Shown: one piece after another, positions 54,324 through 63,661 of the stretch
Position numbering within the stretch: the stretch's first letter is position 1
How the letters are laid out: every line of letters begins with the position of its first letter
Source of the DNA: Anaerolineae bacterium
Lineage (GTDB): Bacteria; Chloroflexota; Anaerolineae; Anaerolineales; UBA4823
DNA length: 64,000 bases
Direction: 5' to 3'
Assembly (NCBI GenBank): GCA_041301185.1
Contig: JBFYSV010000202.1
Span: forward strand, 8,620 to 72,619
The notes under the pieces: generated by a model
The model's input: only the letters and a program-made list of their open reading frames with translations
Told to the model about the DNA's origin: nothing
Database searches by the model: none
Program-made: the position numbers and the translations under genes

Positions 54324-55604
54324 CTATTTTATCATTCGCTTGACGGCTTCCAGAGTTGGTTCAATCACTGGCGCTTCAGCCACCGCCCGGATAGCCGATC
54401 GAACATCTTTCAAACCACTGCCTGTGTTAATTACCAGCACTTGATCATCCGGTCCAATCACTCCCTGGCGAATTGCTCTTACTAACCCGGCATAGGATGT
54501 CGAACCGGCAGGCTCGGCAAAGATGCCTGCTCGACCTAAATCTGCAATTGCAGTAAGTATCTCATCGTCACTGACAATGATATAGCTTCCCCCAGTCTCT
54601 CGGCAAGCACGTACTGCCCGGACTCCGTCACGCGGCAGATCAACCGAAATGCTGTCTGCCAGAGTATTCGCGGAGACCGGCGTTATCTGCTCGGAACCTG
54701 CGTTAAAGGCATTGGCTATAGCGGCAGATCCTTCAGCCTGAACACCAAAAATCCTCGGAGAGGTCTCCAGCCAGCCGATCTCCACCAAATCCTTAAACCC
54801 TTTATGGATACCTGAGATGATATTACCATCCCCTACCGACACGAACACGGCCAGCCGGGCAAATTTTTTCGCAATCTTTTGTGCTGATCCCTTCTTATCA
54901 CCACTCAGCTGCCTGTACATCCATTCCCAGATCTCAAATGCTGCGGTTTTCTTTCCCTCTGCGGTAAAGGGGTTAAAGCCTGTATTCCGGCAATACCATC
55001 CGAACTCCTGGGCTGCCAGGATTGTTAAATCAAAGGCATCATCATAAGTACCATCGACTAGCAATACCTTAGCGCCATAGACTAATAATTGCGCGATCTT
55101 CGCCGGTGGTGCGGTACGAGGCGCAAAGATCACCGCTTTCTGACCAATGGCTGCAGACATACCAGCCAGGGCAGCTCCGGCATTTCCAGTAGAGGCAGTG
55201 ACCACAATCTCAGCGCCTATCTCTCGCGTTCGAGCAACCACCACTGCACTGGCCCGATCTTTGAAAGACGCAGTTGGATTACGACTTTCATCCTTAACCC
55301 ACAAGTGGTTAAGACCAAGTTGCCTGGCTAATGTATCCGGGGCAAATACGGGTGTAGCGCCAGCAGCACGCAACGGCGTGCCATACCCTCCAGGATCGGA
55401 TACTGGGATCAGGGGTAGATACCGCCACAGGGAGGCTTCTTCTGTCTCAAATATATGCCTGACATTTACCTGTTGGCGGATGGTGCGATAATCCAGGATA
55501 ATATCTAAGTTTCCGCCGTCCTTTGGGCAAGTATAAGTCACCTCCCCTGCGGAATACTCTCCACTACAAATTGAACAGCGATAACCCAGAAATTTCCGAC
55601 TCAT
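54324..55604 (-). CDS. thrC: Threonine-synthase-family PLP enzyme with N-terminal zinc ribbon
   Basis: 426-aa ORF with 'YRCSICSGEYS....YTCPKDGG' (Cys4 ribbon), the PLP-Lys motif 'NPTASFKDRAS' and 'ASTGNAG'. Its start overlaps the ABC ATPase stop (ATGA). Confidence 0.75.
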   Translation of the reverse strand: MSRKFLGYRCSICSGEYSAGEVTYTCPKDGGNLDIILDYRTIRQQVNVRHIFETEEASLWRYLPLIPVSDPGGYGTPLRAAGATPVFAPDTLARQLGLNHLWVKDESRNPTASFKDRASAVVVARTREIGAEIVVTASTGNAGAALAGMSAAIGQKAVIFAPRTAPPAKIAQLLVYGAKVLLVDGTYDDAFDLTILAAQEFGWYCRNTGFNPFTAEGKKTAAFEIWEWMYRQLSGDKKGSAQKIAKKFARLAVFVSVGDGNIISGIHKGFKDLVEIGWLETSPRIFGVQAEGSAAIANAFNAGSEQITPVSANTLADSISVDLPRDGVRAVRACRETGGSYIIVSDDEILTAIADLGRAGIFAEPAGSTSYAGLVRAIRQGVIGPDDQVLVINTGSGLKDVRSAIRAVAEAPVIEPTLEAVKRMIK

Positions 55605-57184
55605 TCAACCTCCTTCGTACTATTCTCCCTTACCCCTGCCATGAGCAAGCCCAGTCCTTCCGGCGTTGCATCTTTCGTCACTACCTCACCCATGATCTCG
55701 CCTTCATAGATGACAATAATCCGATCAGAAATCGTTAAGATCTCATCCAGGTCTTCTGAGATCAACAGGATAGCTGTTCCCTCCGAGCGTTGCTCTAACA
55801 ATCGGTGGTGTACATACTCGGTCGCGCCAATATCCACCCCGCGAGTAGGTTGTGCAGCCACTAACACTTTCGGTTTCCGTGACAATTCCCTGGCAAGCAA
55901 TAGTTTTTGGATATTTCCTCCCGACAGATTCTTAACCGGGGTATCCTGGGAGGGAGTTTTTACATTAAAACGTTCGATCATTTCCAAAGATTGGCGTGAG
56001 ATTCTCTGAAAATCTAAAAATCCGAGGCGAGAATATGGCTTCTTTCCATGCTCTCGCAGGATCAAATTCTCTGCCACGGTGAACTCGCGAATCATCCCAT
56101 CTCGCATGCGTTCCTCAGGAATATAAGACAATCCTAGAGCAAGAATTTCCCCAGGTGATTTTTTAGCGATATCTTTTTGCCCTAAAAGCACTACTCCCTG
56201 AGTGGTAGGTCGTAGACCAGTAATAACTTGTGCCAACTCCCTCTGACCGTTGCCAGAGACACCCGCTACACCCAGGATCTCCCCGGAGCGGAGTTCCAGG
56301 TTCACACCTTTCAAAGCTGGGGTTCCCAGATCGCTGTTTGCCCAGACGCCCTTTAAGCTAAGACGTATCTCCCCCTCCGATTTATCTGCCCGTTCGGGCT
56401 TAAAACCAATGTCACGTCCAACCATCATCCTGGCAAGCTCTTCTTTTGTTGTATCTCCGATCGGGCGCGAGCCGATCGAGCGCCCATCCCGTAACACGGT
56501 TACTCGATCACTGATATCAACCACTTCTTGAAGTTTATGCGAGATAAAAATTAAGGCATGCCCATCTTTAACCATTTGGTGCAAAGTAACAAACAAATCC
56601 TGGACTTCTTGAGGGGTCAATACTGCTGTAGGTTCATCCAGGATTAACAAGGCCGCACCTCGATATAAAACTTTGATGATTTCAACCCGCTGCTGTTGTC
56701 CAACTGCCAATTGCCAGACATAGGCATTCGGATCTACCTGCAATCCATACATCTCAGCCAGTGTCTGAATTCGTTTTGAGACAACGTCCAGGTCTGTTAA
56801 GAGTCCACGAGATGAGGCTAATCCCAGAGCTACATTCTCGGCAACGGTCAGGGTTGGCACCAACATGAAATGCTGGTGGATCATGCCTATCCCGATACGG
56901 ATTGCATCGTGCGGCGATTCAATCTGTACAGGAGATCCATCAATGAGAATTTGTCCTTCATCAGGTCGGTATAATCCATACAATATCCTCATCAAGGTGC
57001 TCTTGCCAGCGCCATTCTCTCCGAGCAATGCATGCACCTCACCTGAATGAACACTAAAATCCACATGATCGTTAGCCAGAACGCCCGGAAACCGCTTAAC
57101 GATTCCAAGCATCTCCATTTTTGAGATGCGCTGCTTTTCAGGGAGAGAAGTATTTTCGTTTTGTCTCATCACACCCAACCACAT
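55601..57184 (-). CDS. ABC transporter ATP-binding protein, duplicated ATPase (BMP/nucleoside-sugar CUT2 type)
   Basis: 527-aa ORF with two NBDs ('GENGAGKST','LILDEPT'; 'GVSGNGQ','LSGGNIQK','LLISEDLDE'). The true start may be an internal Met (57169 or 57118). Confidence 0.9.
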   Translation of the reverse strand: MWLGVMRQNENTSLPEKQRISKMEMLGIVKRFPGVLANDHVDFSVHSGEVHALLGENGAGKSTLMRILYGLYRPDEGQILIDGSPVQIESPHDAIRIGIGMIHQHFMLVPTLTVAENVALGLASSRGLLTDLDVVSKRIQTLAEMYGLQVDPNAYVWQLAVGQQQRVEIIKVLYRGAALLILDEPTAVLTPQEVQDLFVTLHQMVKDGHALIFISHKLQEVVDISDRVTVLRDGRSIGSRPIGDTTKEELARMMVGRDIGFKPERADKSEGEIRLSLKGVWANSDLGTPALKGVNLELRSGEILGVAGVSGNGQRELAQVITGLRPTTQGVVLLGQKDIAKKSPGEILALGLSYIPEERMRDGMIREFTVAENLILREHGKKPYSRLGFLDFQRISRQSLEMIERFNVKTPSQDTPVKNLSGGNIQKLLLARELSRKPKVLVAAQPTRGVDIGATEYVHHRLLEQRSEGTAILLISEDLDEILTISDRIIVIYEGEIMGEVVTKDATPEGLGLLMAGVRENSTKEVE

Positions 57185-57194
57185 ATAGCAACAG

Positions 57195-57231
57195 GCAGGT
57201 TATGCAAAGGCTCCGCCTTTGCATAACCTGC
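57195..57231 (-). promoter_or_regulatory. Perfect 17-bp intercistronic stem-loop between the binding-protein and ATPase genes
   Basis: GCAGGTTATGCAAAGGC (57195-57211), loop tcc, GCCTTTGCATAACCTGC (57215-57231). No U-tract follows on the transcribed strand. Confidence 0.7.
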
Positions 57232-57262
57232 TCACCAAACTGTTCACACCCGTCGTTCTGGG

Positions 57263-59461
57263 TTAATTACTCGGACCCTCCATACCTTCCAGCAATTGCG
57301 GCAGGTACCAGATCTGCTCATCGGTGGCAACCTGTCCATCCGGGATGTATTCTGTACCATCCTGCAGGTTGATCGGTCCGGTCCATACATTGATCTCGCC
57401 AGAAGCCAGGCCAGCGATAAACTGGTCAAGTAACGCCTGAGCCTCGGCGGGCATTCCTGGTCCATTGACCCAACCGGCAGCAGTCTTGGTATTATCGGTC
57501 AAGTCCTCCCAATAGGGTGCATTCCAGTCCCAAGATTGCTCCCAGGTTCCAGCCTGGATGGCTTGAACAAGTTCTAGATACGACGGTCCCCAGTTGAAGA
57601 ATGGAACGCCCAGGCAGATATCCGGAGCCTGGTCACAAGCACCTACATAGTCGTAAGGTACCGCCCAAACTGCGGCACCCTGACCTGCACGCTGTCCGGC
57701 GACATCAATCCCTTCGGTTGTGTCGATGCCACTCATAACCACATCAACTCCGCGATCAAAGAAACCGTTGGTGACTTCCGTCGGATCTAATGTCACGCCA
57801 GGGATATTGAACCAGAAACCAATCCAGGTCACGACAAATTCCAAATCGGCAGGGTTCATGGCACGGTAGTTCTCATAGCAATACCTGGCTCCCAGGTAAG
57901 CCGATGCAGCCAAACGGCGCGTCTCAAAGTTGATCAATGGTCCAAGGTAACCTAAAGACCCTGTCTGAGTATTTAAGGCTGCTGCACACCCGGCGATGGC
58001 TTTCATGTCCTCCATGCGCCCCATTATATTGCCTTCGTTTGGTGGTGCTTCCCCGGTAAGAACGTCATCTCCAGATATGTTAATGAAGATGACATCCGGA
58101 TATTTTTCAGCCACACCCAGCGTATCCTCCTCAAATTCGTCTGAGGTGGTCAATACCAGTTTAGCGCCATCTGCCACCATATCATCGACGACACCTTCTA
58201 GGGTAGCTTCTGGTTTATCCGCGGGGTTGAGTGACTCGAAGATGATCGCACGCGCTCCAGGTACATTTGCTTCCACGTAAGCCGCGCCTTCAGCATGAGC
58301 CTGGCTCCAGCCACGATCATTCTTAGGACCAACTAATACTACGCCAAAGACAAACTCTTCGCTCACTGGTGGAGGTGGAGGAGCATCTCCAATTACGATT
58401 GAGCCATCGATGATCCCCTGGATAGTTTGATCCGCCAGGGCTTTAACATCGGCTGGTAACTCATACTCCGGGTTGAAATCCATCTTCAAACCACCATTTG
58501 CCAGGGTCAGCGCGAACGCTTCTCCACCCAGCGTTCCAGCCTTCACCTTACCAATGATATCATTCAGGACAATAGTCCAGTCATAGATCTGGTTGGCAAC
58601 CACAATGCTGGGTGCCAGGGTTGTCTGGCTGGATTGTGTTCCAAACCAAACCACATCATTTTCTTCTGCTACGCCTACCGCGCCAACCACCATTTGAGCA
58701 GAGCCTGTCAGGCCATCCGCACCTGCCTGGACATGGGTTTCTGCGGCTGCTGACGCCAGCGCTACGTCGCTAAAAGAGCCAATGTAGTTGACATTAACCT
58801 CGAGATCCGGTTTGGTAGCTTTAGCGCCAACCACAAAGCCATCTACGTACAGCTTGGCATCCCCTGTCTCGATTGGACCAACCACGCCTAGCACATTGCT
58901 TTCAGACAGGCTGGCAGCAATCACACCATTCACATAGCCACCCTGCTCCGAGCGAGCCTCGTAGGCGTATACGTTCGTCACACCTTGATCCACAAAGGTA
59001 TCAACTGTCGTACCCCAAGCAAAGCTGGTTTCCGGGAAATCAGGGGCGATCTCTAAAAGGGAACTGCCGTACTGCGAGCCGTGGGCAATGACAAGGTTAT
59101 ACCCCTGGCTGGCGTAATCACGTAGAGCTGCTGCCGCGTCATCCACAACAAACATATTTTCAGAGTAGACGAATTCAAAGCTCTCTGCGCCCATCTCGCT
59201 TTGAATCGCCATTAGCGCATCATAGATGCTCTGACTGAAAGCCAGATCATTGATTGCACTTGGCATCACAACCGCGACACGGAAGCTCTCCATTGCCGCT
59301 GGAGGTTCTGTCTCCTCAGGTTGTGGCTCTGGTTGTTGGGGTTCAGCCGCCGGGGGTTCTGTCGCCGGAGCTTGGGTTGCCGCACCTCCACAGGCGCTGA
59401 GCACCAGTGAGATTAACAGCATTAATATGAGCCATTTCGATGTTTTATTCATTTTCTCCAT
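57263..59461 (-). CDS. Lipoprotein with two tandem BMP-family (PnrA/Med-like) ABC substrate-binding domains
   Basis: 732-aa ORF with a signal peptide and lipobox 'LSAC', then a Pro/Glu-rich tether. BMP domain 1 spans aa ~59-358 ('FRVAVVMPSAINDLAFSQS'). A PPPPP linker occupies aa 361-365 (nt 58367-58381). BMP domain 2 spans aa ~369-732 ('FGVVLVGPKNDRGWSQAH'). Confidence 0.85.
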   Translation of the reverse strand: MEKMNKTSKWLILMLLISLVLSACGGAATQAPATEPPAAEPQQPEPQPEETEPPAAMESFRVAVVMPSAINDLAFSQSIYDALMAIQSEMGAESFEFVYSENMFVVDDAAAALRDYASQGYNLVIAHGSQYGSSLLEIAPDFPETSFAWGTTVDTFVDQGVTNVYAYEARSEQGGYVNGVIAASLSESNVLGVVGPIETGDAKLYVDGFVVGAKATKPDLEVNVNYIGSFSDVALASAAAETHVQAGADGLTGSAQMVVGAVGVAEENDVVWFGTQSSQTTLAPSIVVANQIYDWTIVLNDIIGKVKAGTLGGEAFALTLANGGLKMDFNPEYELPADVKALADQTIQGIIDGSIVIGDAPPPPPVSEEFVFGVVLVGPKNDRGWSQAHAEGAAYVEANVPGARAIIFESLNPADKPEATLEGVVDDMVADGAKLVLTTSDEFEEDTLGVAEKYPDVIFINISGDDVLTGEAPPNEGNIMGRMEDMKAIAGCAAALNTQTGSLGYLGPLINFETRRLAASAYLGARYCYENYRAMNPADLEFVVTWIGFWFNIPGVTLDPTEVTNGFFDRGVDVVMSGIDTTEGIDVAGQRAGQGAAVWAVPYDYVGACDQAPDICLGVPFFNWGPSYLELVQAIQAGTWEQSWDWNAPYWEDLTDNTKTAAGWVNGPGMPAEAQALLDQFIAGLASGEINVWTGPINLQDGTEYIPDGQVATDEQIWYLPQLLEGMEGPSN

Positions 59462-59575
59462 CCTTTTCTAAGCTAAGTCTATCGTACTAAGGTTACACAC
59501 TATGCAAGAACTATTGAGTCGAAGCCACCTCCTCGATATTATATTCCCTTCACGAATTGAAGCTAGAAAAGTGTC

Positions 59576-60508
59576 TTATCCTCCACGCTCAAATGGTTTA
59601 GCCAGAGCAGATGGTGGACGAACGCGCTGAACAGCAATCACCAGCGCCAAGATGGTTAGCACATACGGCATCATGATAGCAATATCAGACGGGATGGGCA
59701 ACGATTTTATCTGGACCCAGAGTTGCAAGGCATTCACCAGGCTAAAAATCAGCGAGCCTATCAATACCCCAAACGGACGCCACCCTCCAAAATACACCAG
59801 GGCTACAGCAATAAAACCCTGTCCGCTGGTCAAATTTTGTTGAAATACATTCAACAACGCAATCGACAGAGAAGCTCCTGCGACTCCAGAGAATACACCT
59901 CCTAAGATGCAAGTGAAGTACCGGATTCCTGTGACACTCACTCCCATCGTATCCGCCGCTTCAGGATTCTCGCCGACTGCACGGATCTTCAATCCTAATG
60001 TTGTCTTATTGAGCAAGAACCAAGAAACCGGGACCAAGAAATATGCAGTATAAACCAGCAGGTTATGGCGGAATAAAATAGCTCCTACGACCGGCAGGTC
60101 ACTTAAGATTGGTATATATATTGGGGAAAATCCGCTAACTGTTTCCACCGTTCCCATGGTTATTTGGAAAAGCAATTCACTGATACCTAATCCAAACAAA
60201 TAAAAACCGATCCCGCTGATTCCCTGTTCAGCCTTCAGGGTAACATTGACAAAAGCCACCATCAGGCCAAGCACTCCGCCTACGATAATCGCCGCCAAAA
60301 GCCCCAACCCCAGATTATTCGTTGTAAATGTAACATAGAAACTGGCAAATGCTCCCAGTAACATGATCCCTTCAACACCCAGGTTTAGCACCCCACTTTT
60401 CTGCCCGATCGTCTCGCCAATAGCCGCAAATAAATAAGGAGTAGCCAGGCGAATACCCGAAGCCAGGATACCTACAAAGACCGTCATGGTAAACAGATCC
60501 GAGATCAC
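59576..60508 (-). CDS. ABC transporter permease (BMP-type system, YufQ/NupC-like)
   Basis: 310-aa polytopic ORF with 'GVLNLGVEGIMLLGAF'. It overlaps the upstream gene by 4 nt. Confidence 0.85.
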   Translation of the reverse strand: MISDLFTMTVFVGILASGIRLATPYLFAAIGETIGQKSGVLNLGVEGIMLLGAFASFYVTFTTNNLGLGLLAAIIVGGVLGLMVAFVNVTLKAEQGISGIGFYLFGLGISELLFQITMGTVETVSGFSPIYIPILSDLPVVGAILFRHNLLVYTAYFLVPVSWFLLNKTTLGLKIRAVGENPEAADTMGVSVTGIRYFTCILGGVFSGVAGASLSIALLNVFQQNLTSGQGFIAVALVYFGGWRPFGVLIGSLIFSLVNALQLWVQIKSLPIPSDIAIMMPYVLTILALVIAVQRVRPPSALAKPFERGG

Positions 60509-61638
60509 GTCATCTCCTCCGCTTTACTAGCTATGGGTACCTTCTCAATTGTTTCTGTCTCCCGTCGCACGGCCCAGCGACGTTTAAAATACTCACTACT
60601 CACCACGAACACCACCACTAAACCATTCAAACCAATGATGAAGGCAGATGGCACCTGCATTACTCGTTGTAATTTATTCGCCCCCACTAACAAAGCCCCA
60701 AATAAGAAAGATGCCGGTATCGCCCCGAGTGGATGTAAGTTCCCAAATAGCGCCACAACAATGCCGTTAAACCCGGCACTACCTGTGAATCCAGTAGCCG
60801 AGCCATCCGTGAACATCCGGTGGTGAAGTCCGTACACCTGGACTGCACCAGCCAGGCCCGCAAATGCACCGCTTAGTAGGAGAGCCAGGACAATATAGCG
60901 CGGTACATTAATGCCCGCGTAACGCGAGGCGTGCGGATTTAATCCAACCGCTCGGATTCGGTAGCCAATTACCGTTCTCCATAAAAATATGTACACCAAT
61001 ATGGCGGCCAGAATAGCCAGACCGGTTCCCAAGTGCAACCGTGTAGGGATAAGGCGGGGCAAATCAAAAGCAATTGCCAAACGAGCCGTCTGCGGAATCC
61101 GCGAAGCCGATTCCAGTTGTACCGGGTCGATCATAGGCTCACGCAATAGATAGTTCATCCCTTGCACTGCTATGGCATTCATCATGATCGTACTCAGGAT
61201 TTCATTGACATTAAAATATGCTTTTAATAAGCCCGGTATTGCCCCCCACACCGCTCCAGCAAGAAATCCACATAGCAGAGCTAATGGGATTACAACCAAT
61301 CCGGCTGCATCCGGAAAAGTTAAACCAACAAGAGTTGACGCCAACGCGCCTACAACGAGTTGGCCTTCACCGCCAATATTCAATACTCCACCCCGAAAGG
61401 CAATACATATACCTACCGCAACCAATAATAGCGGTGTTGCCTTAACCAGGGTATCAGCCAGCGCATTCGTACTCCCAAGTGCTCCCTCCATCAAAGCGCT
61501 ATATGCTGCTAGCGGATTCTCTCCCAATAAGATGAGCATCACCGCACCGACTGCCAGCGCAGCCAGAGTTGCCAGGAAAGGGAGCGAGAGATTAAAAACT
61601 CGCCAAAGTCGGGGGTGCTTGTTGAATATGGCTTGCAT
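60505..61638 (-). CDS. ABC transporter permease (BMP-type system, YufP/NupB-like)
   Basis: 377-aa polytopic ORF with the 'FRGGVLNIGGEGQLVVGA' motif. Confidence 0.85.
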   Translation of the reverse strand: MQAIFNKHPRLWRVFNLSLPFLATLAALAVGAVMLILLGENPLAAYSALMEGALGSTNALADTLVKATPLLLVAVGICIAFRGGVLNIGGEGQLVVGALASTLVGLTFPDAAGLVVIPLALLCGFLAGAVWGAIPGLLKAYFNVNEILSTIMMNAIAVQGMNYLLREPMIDPVQLESASRIPQTARLAIAFDLPRLIPTRLHLGTGLAILAAILVYIFLWRTVIGYRIRAVGLNPHASRYAGINVPRYIVLALLLSGAFAGLAGAVQVYGLHHRMFTDGSATGFTGSAGFNGIVVALFGNLHPLGAIPASFLFGALLVGANKLQRVMQVPSAFIIGLNGLVVVFVVSSEYFKRRWAVRRETETIEKVPIASKAEEMT

Positions 61639-61650
61639 AGAGTTGTTGTC

Positions 61651-62625
61651 TCAATCCTCAACAAATGTCGAGCCAAGGGCTTTTGGCGGCGATATGCGTA
61701 GCAAGCGTTGTAATGGACGCTGCATACGCTCGGGTGCCATGGTAATGATCCGCTCAGTGAAATCACTTCCTACCAGTAATAGTACAGTAATCATCAATAC
61801 CCAGGGAACAGCGTTAAATGCAACCACCGACACTTCCGGAAATCTCCTCTGCAAAAAGGTTGCCAGGGCTTTGGTTGCCCCAAATAGCAATGCGCCAAAT
61901 GCACCCCGGATGGGAGACCAACCTCCGAAGATTACAATTGCCAGAGCAATCCAGCCAAACCCGCGAATGTGGCCATCCGACCAACCGATCTTAATATCAA
62001 GCGAGTATGCTGCTCCGGCTATCCCTACCAGTGCCCCACCAACAATTGTATATATATAGCGTTGGCGATTCACGCTAATCCCTCGCGCAAATGCTGCTTC
62101 GGGTCGTTCTCCCGCACTCCGCAACCGCAAACCCGGTTGTGTGCGAAAGAGGTAAAACCAGGTGACTCCAACCAGGATATAGGCAAAATATACAACTGGA
62201 CTCTGGTTGAAGAAGATCGGTCCGAGAACTGGAATATCTTCCAATAGCGGAATAGCAAAGTGTTTTACTACCGGTCCCGGAATGCGGGTGTAATTTTGCC
62301 CCAGGAAAGCCGCAAGATCATCCCCTAGTAAGGTCAACACAAATCCTATCGCAAATTGGCTCTGGCGTAATCGGATGCTGCCAAAGGCAATAATCGATGC
62401 AAAGAATCCCCCCACAATCATGGCTGCCAGGAATCCCACCCACACACTATCCGATTTCAAGGCAACCACGAATCCGGTCATGGCTGCCATCAACATACTC
62501 CCATCCAAAGAGAGATTGACGATACCCGCACGCTCGGTAAGGATCTCCCCGCACACCGCAATAATCAACGGCGTAGAGGCCAGAACTACCGAAGACAGGA
62601 TCAAAATTAAGGCTTGATCAATCAT
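61651..62625 (-). CDS. ABC transporter permease (second set, YufQ/NupC-like)
   Basis: The start at ATG 62625 (MIDQALILIL) overlaps the upstream stop by 8 nt; the track ORF is open to 62682. 'RAGIVNLSLDGSMLMAA' motif is present. Confidence 0.8.
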   Translation of the reverse strand: MIDQALILILSSVVLASTPLIIAVCGEILTERAGIVNLSLDGSMLMAAMTGFVVALKSDSVWVGFLAAMIVGGFFASIIAFGSIRLRQSQFAIGFVLTLLGDDLAAFLGQNYTRIPGPVVKHFAIPLLEDIPVLGPIFFNQSPVVYFAYILVGVTWFYLFRTQPGLRLRSAGERPEAAFARGISVNRQRYIYTIVGGALVGIAGAAYSLDIKIGWSDGHIRGFGWIALAIVIFGGWSPIRGAFGALLFGATKALATFLQRRFPEVSVVAFNAVPWVLMITVLLLVGSDFTERIITMAPERMQRPLQRLLRISPPKALGSTFVED

Positions 62626-63661
62626 GGTCTTTTTTCCTTTGCAGGAATTTAATTTTGGTCGCATCTCCGAACAAGACCACAAACAAGACCATCATTTCGG
62701 TTAGTATGCCTCCCAACGACGAGTGTAATTGGGTTCGAAGCTGGAGGGAGATCGCACCATTGAGGACTACAGAGAAAAAGAGAGAAATTGGCGGAATCCA
62801 AAAGGCGCGATAATTCGCAAGCATAACAATTAATAATGCCAGAAAGCCAATTCCCCCAGAAATGCTCTGACGCAAGCTATCAAACCAACTCAGAACTCGC
62901 ACCCCTCCACCCAGGCCAGCCAGCGCCCCGCAAAACATCATTGCCAGGATCATCTCTCGTTCACTGGATACACCCAATAGAAACGCTGAGCGCAGGTTTT
63001 TCCCCAGTGCTTTGAGTTGTAATCCCCATAATGTCCCGCGTAAAGTCACAACAACTGCGCCAAAGGCTACAATAGCAAGGATTAACGACAAGGGACTGAA
63101 ATGTGAGTTCCCAAATAGCGGGAACAAAGCATCCTCTTGAAATGGCGCTGTGCCTCTAAATGTGCCGCCTTCAGGGGGTTGCCAGGGACCTGAGATCAGG
63201 TAATTCGTTAAGATGATAGCGATATTATTTAATGCCAGACCACTGAAGATTTCATGCACCTTACCCCGAGTTTTCAGGACTGCTGAAAATCCTGCCCATA
63301 GTGCTCCTGCTGCCATCGCAGCCAGGATTTCGAGGGTAAGAAGGACAGGAGCTGGCGCTTCTACTCGTAAGGCAACCCAACTGGCTGCAATTGCGCCCAT
63401 CACAATCTGGCCTTCAACTCCGATATTCCATAAACCGGCAGTAAATGTAACCAATAATCCAGTTGCGGTCAGTAAAAGGGGTACCCAAAAAGCTAGTACA
63501 CTGAGTGTCTTGGATTGGTCTCCAAAGGCACCTTTTAGCATTGCCTGGAACGACTCGATTGGACTCGCTCCGAACAAATACAAAAGTAAGGAAGTGACCA
63601 GTAAGCTGGCAAAGATTGGCACCACCGGCCACACCCACCGCAGCCAAAGCCGGGATTTCAC
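62618..63661 (-). CDS. ABC transporter permease (second set, YufP/NupB-like)
   Basis: 347-aa polytopic ORF with 'TAGLWNIGVEGQIVMGA'. It overlaps the upstream ATPase gene by 4 nt. Confidence 0.85.
   Translation of the reverse strand: MKSRLWLRWVWPVVPIFASLLVTSLLLYLFGASPIESFQAMLKGAFGDQSKTLSVLAFWVPLLLTATGLLVTFTAGLWNIGVEGQIVMGAIAASWVALRVEAPAPVLLTLEILAAMAAGALWAGFSAVLKTRGKVHEIFSGLALNNIAIILTNYLISGPWQPPEGGTFRGTAPFQEDALFPLFGNSHFSPLSLILAIVAFGAVVVTLRGTLWGLQLKALGKNLRSAFLLGVSSEREMILAMMFCGALAGLGGGVRVLSWFDSLRQSISGGIGFLALLIVMLANYRAFWIPPISLFFSVVLNGAISLQLRTQLHSSLGGILTEMMVLFVVLFGDATKIKFLQRKKDHD

Noticed and set aside
61172-62059. Long antisense ORFs in the track: 61172-62059 (295 aa), 49181-49870 (229 aa), 63213-63773 (186 aa), 12640-13308 (222 aa), 27806-28363 (185 aa), 958-1386 and many shorter ones
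   Set aside because: Each lies entirely opposite a gene with strong family motifs (ABC permeases, AOR, yidD/PQQ lipoprotein, mltG). Their translations are low-complexity, rich in Pro/Arg/Ser/Ala, and carry no recognisable motifs. This is typical of shadow ORFs.
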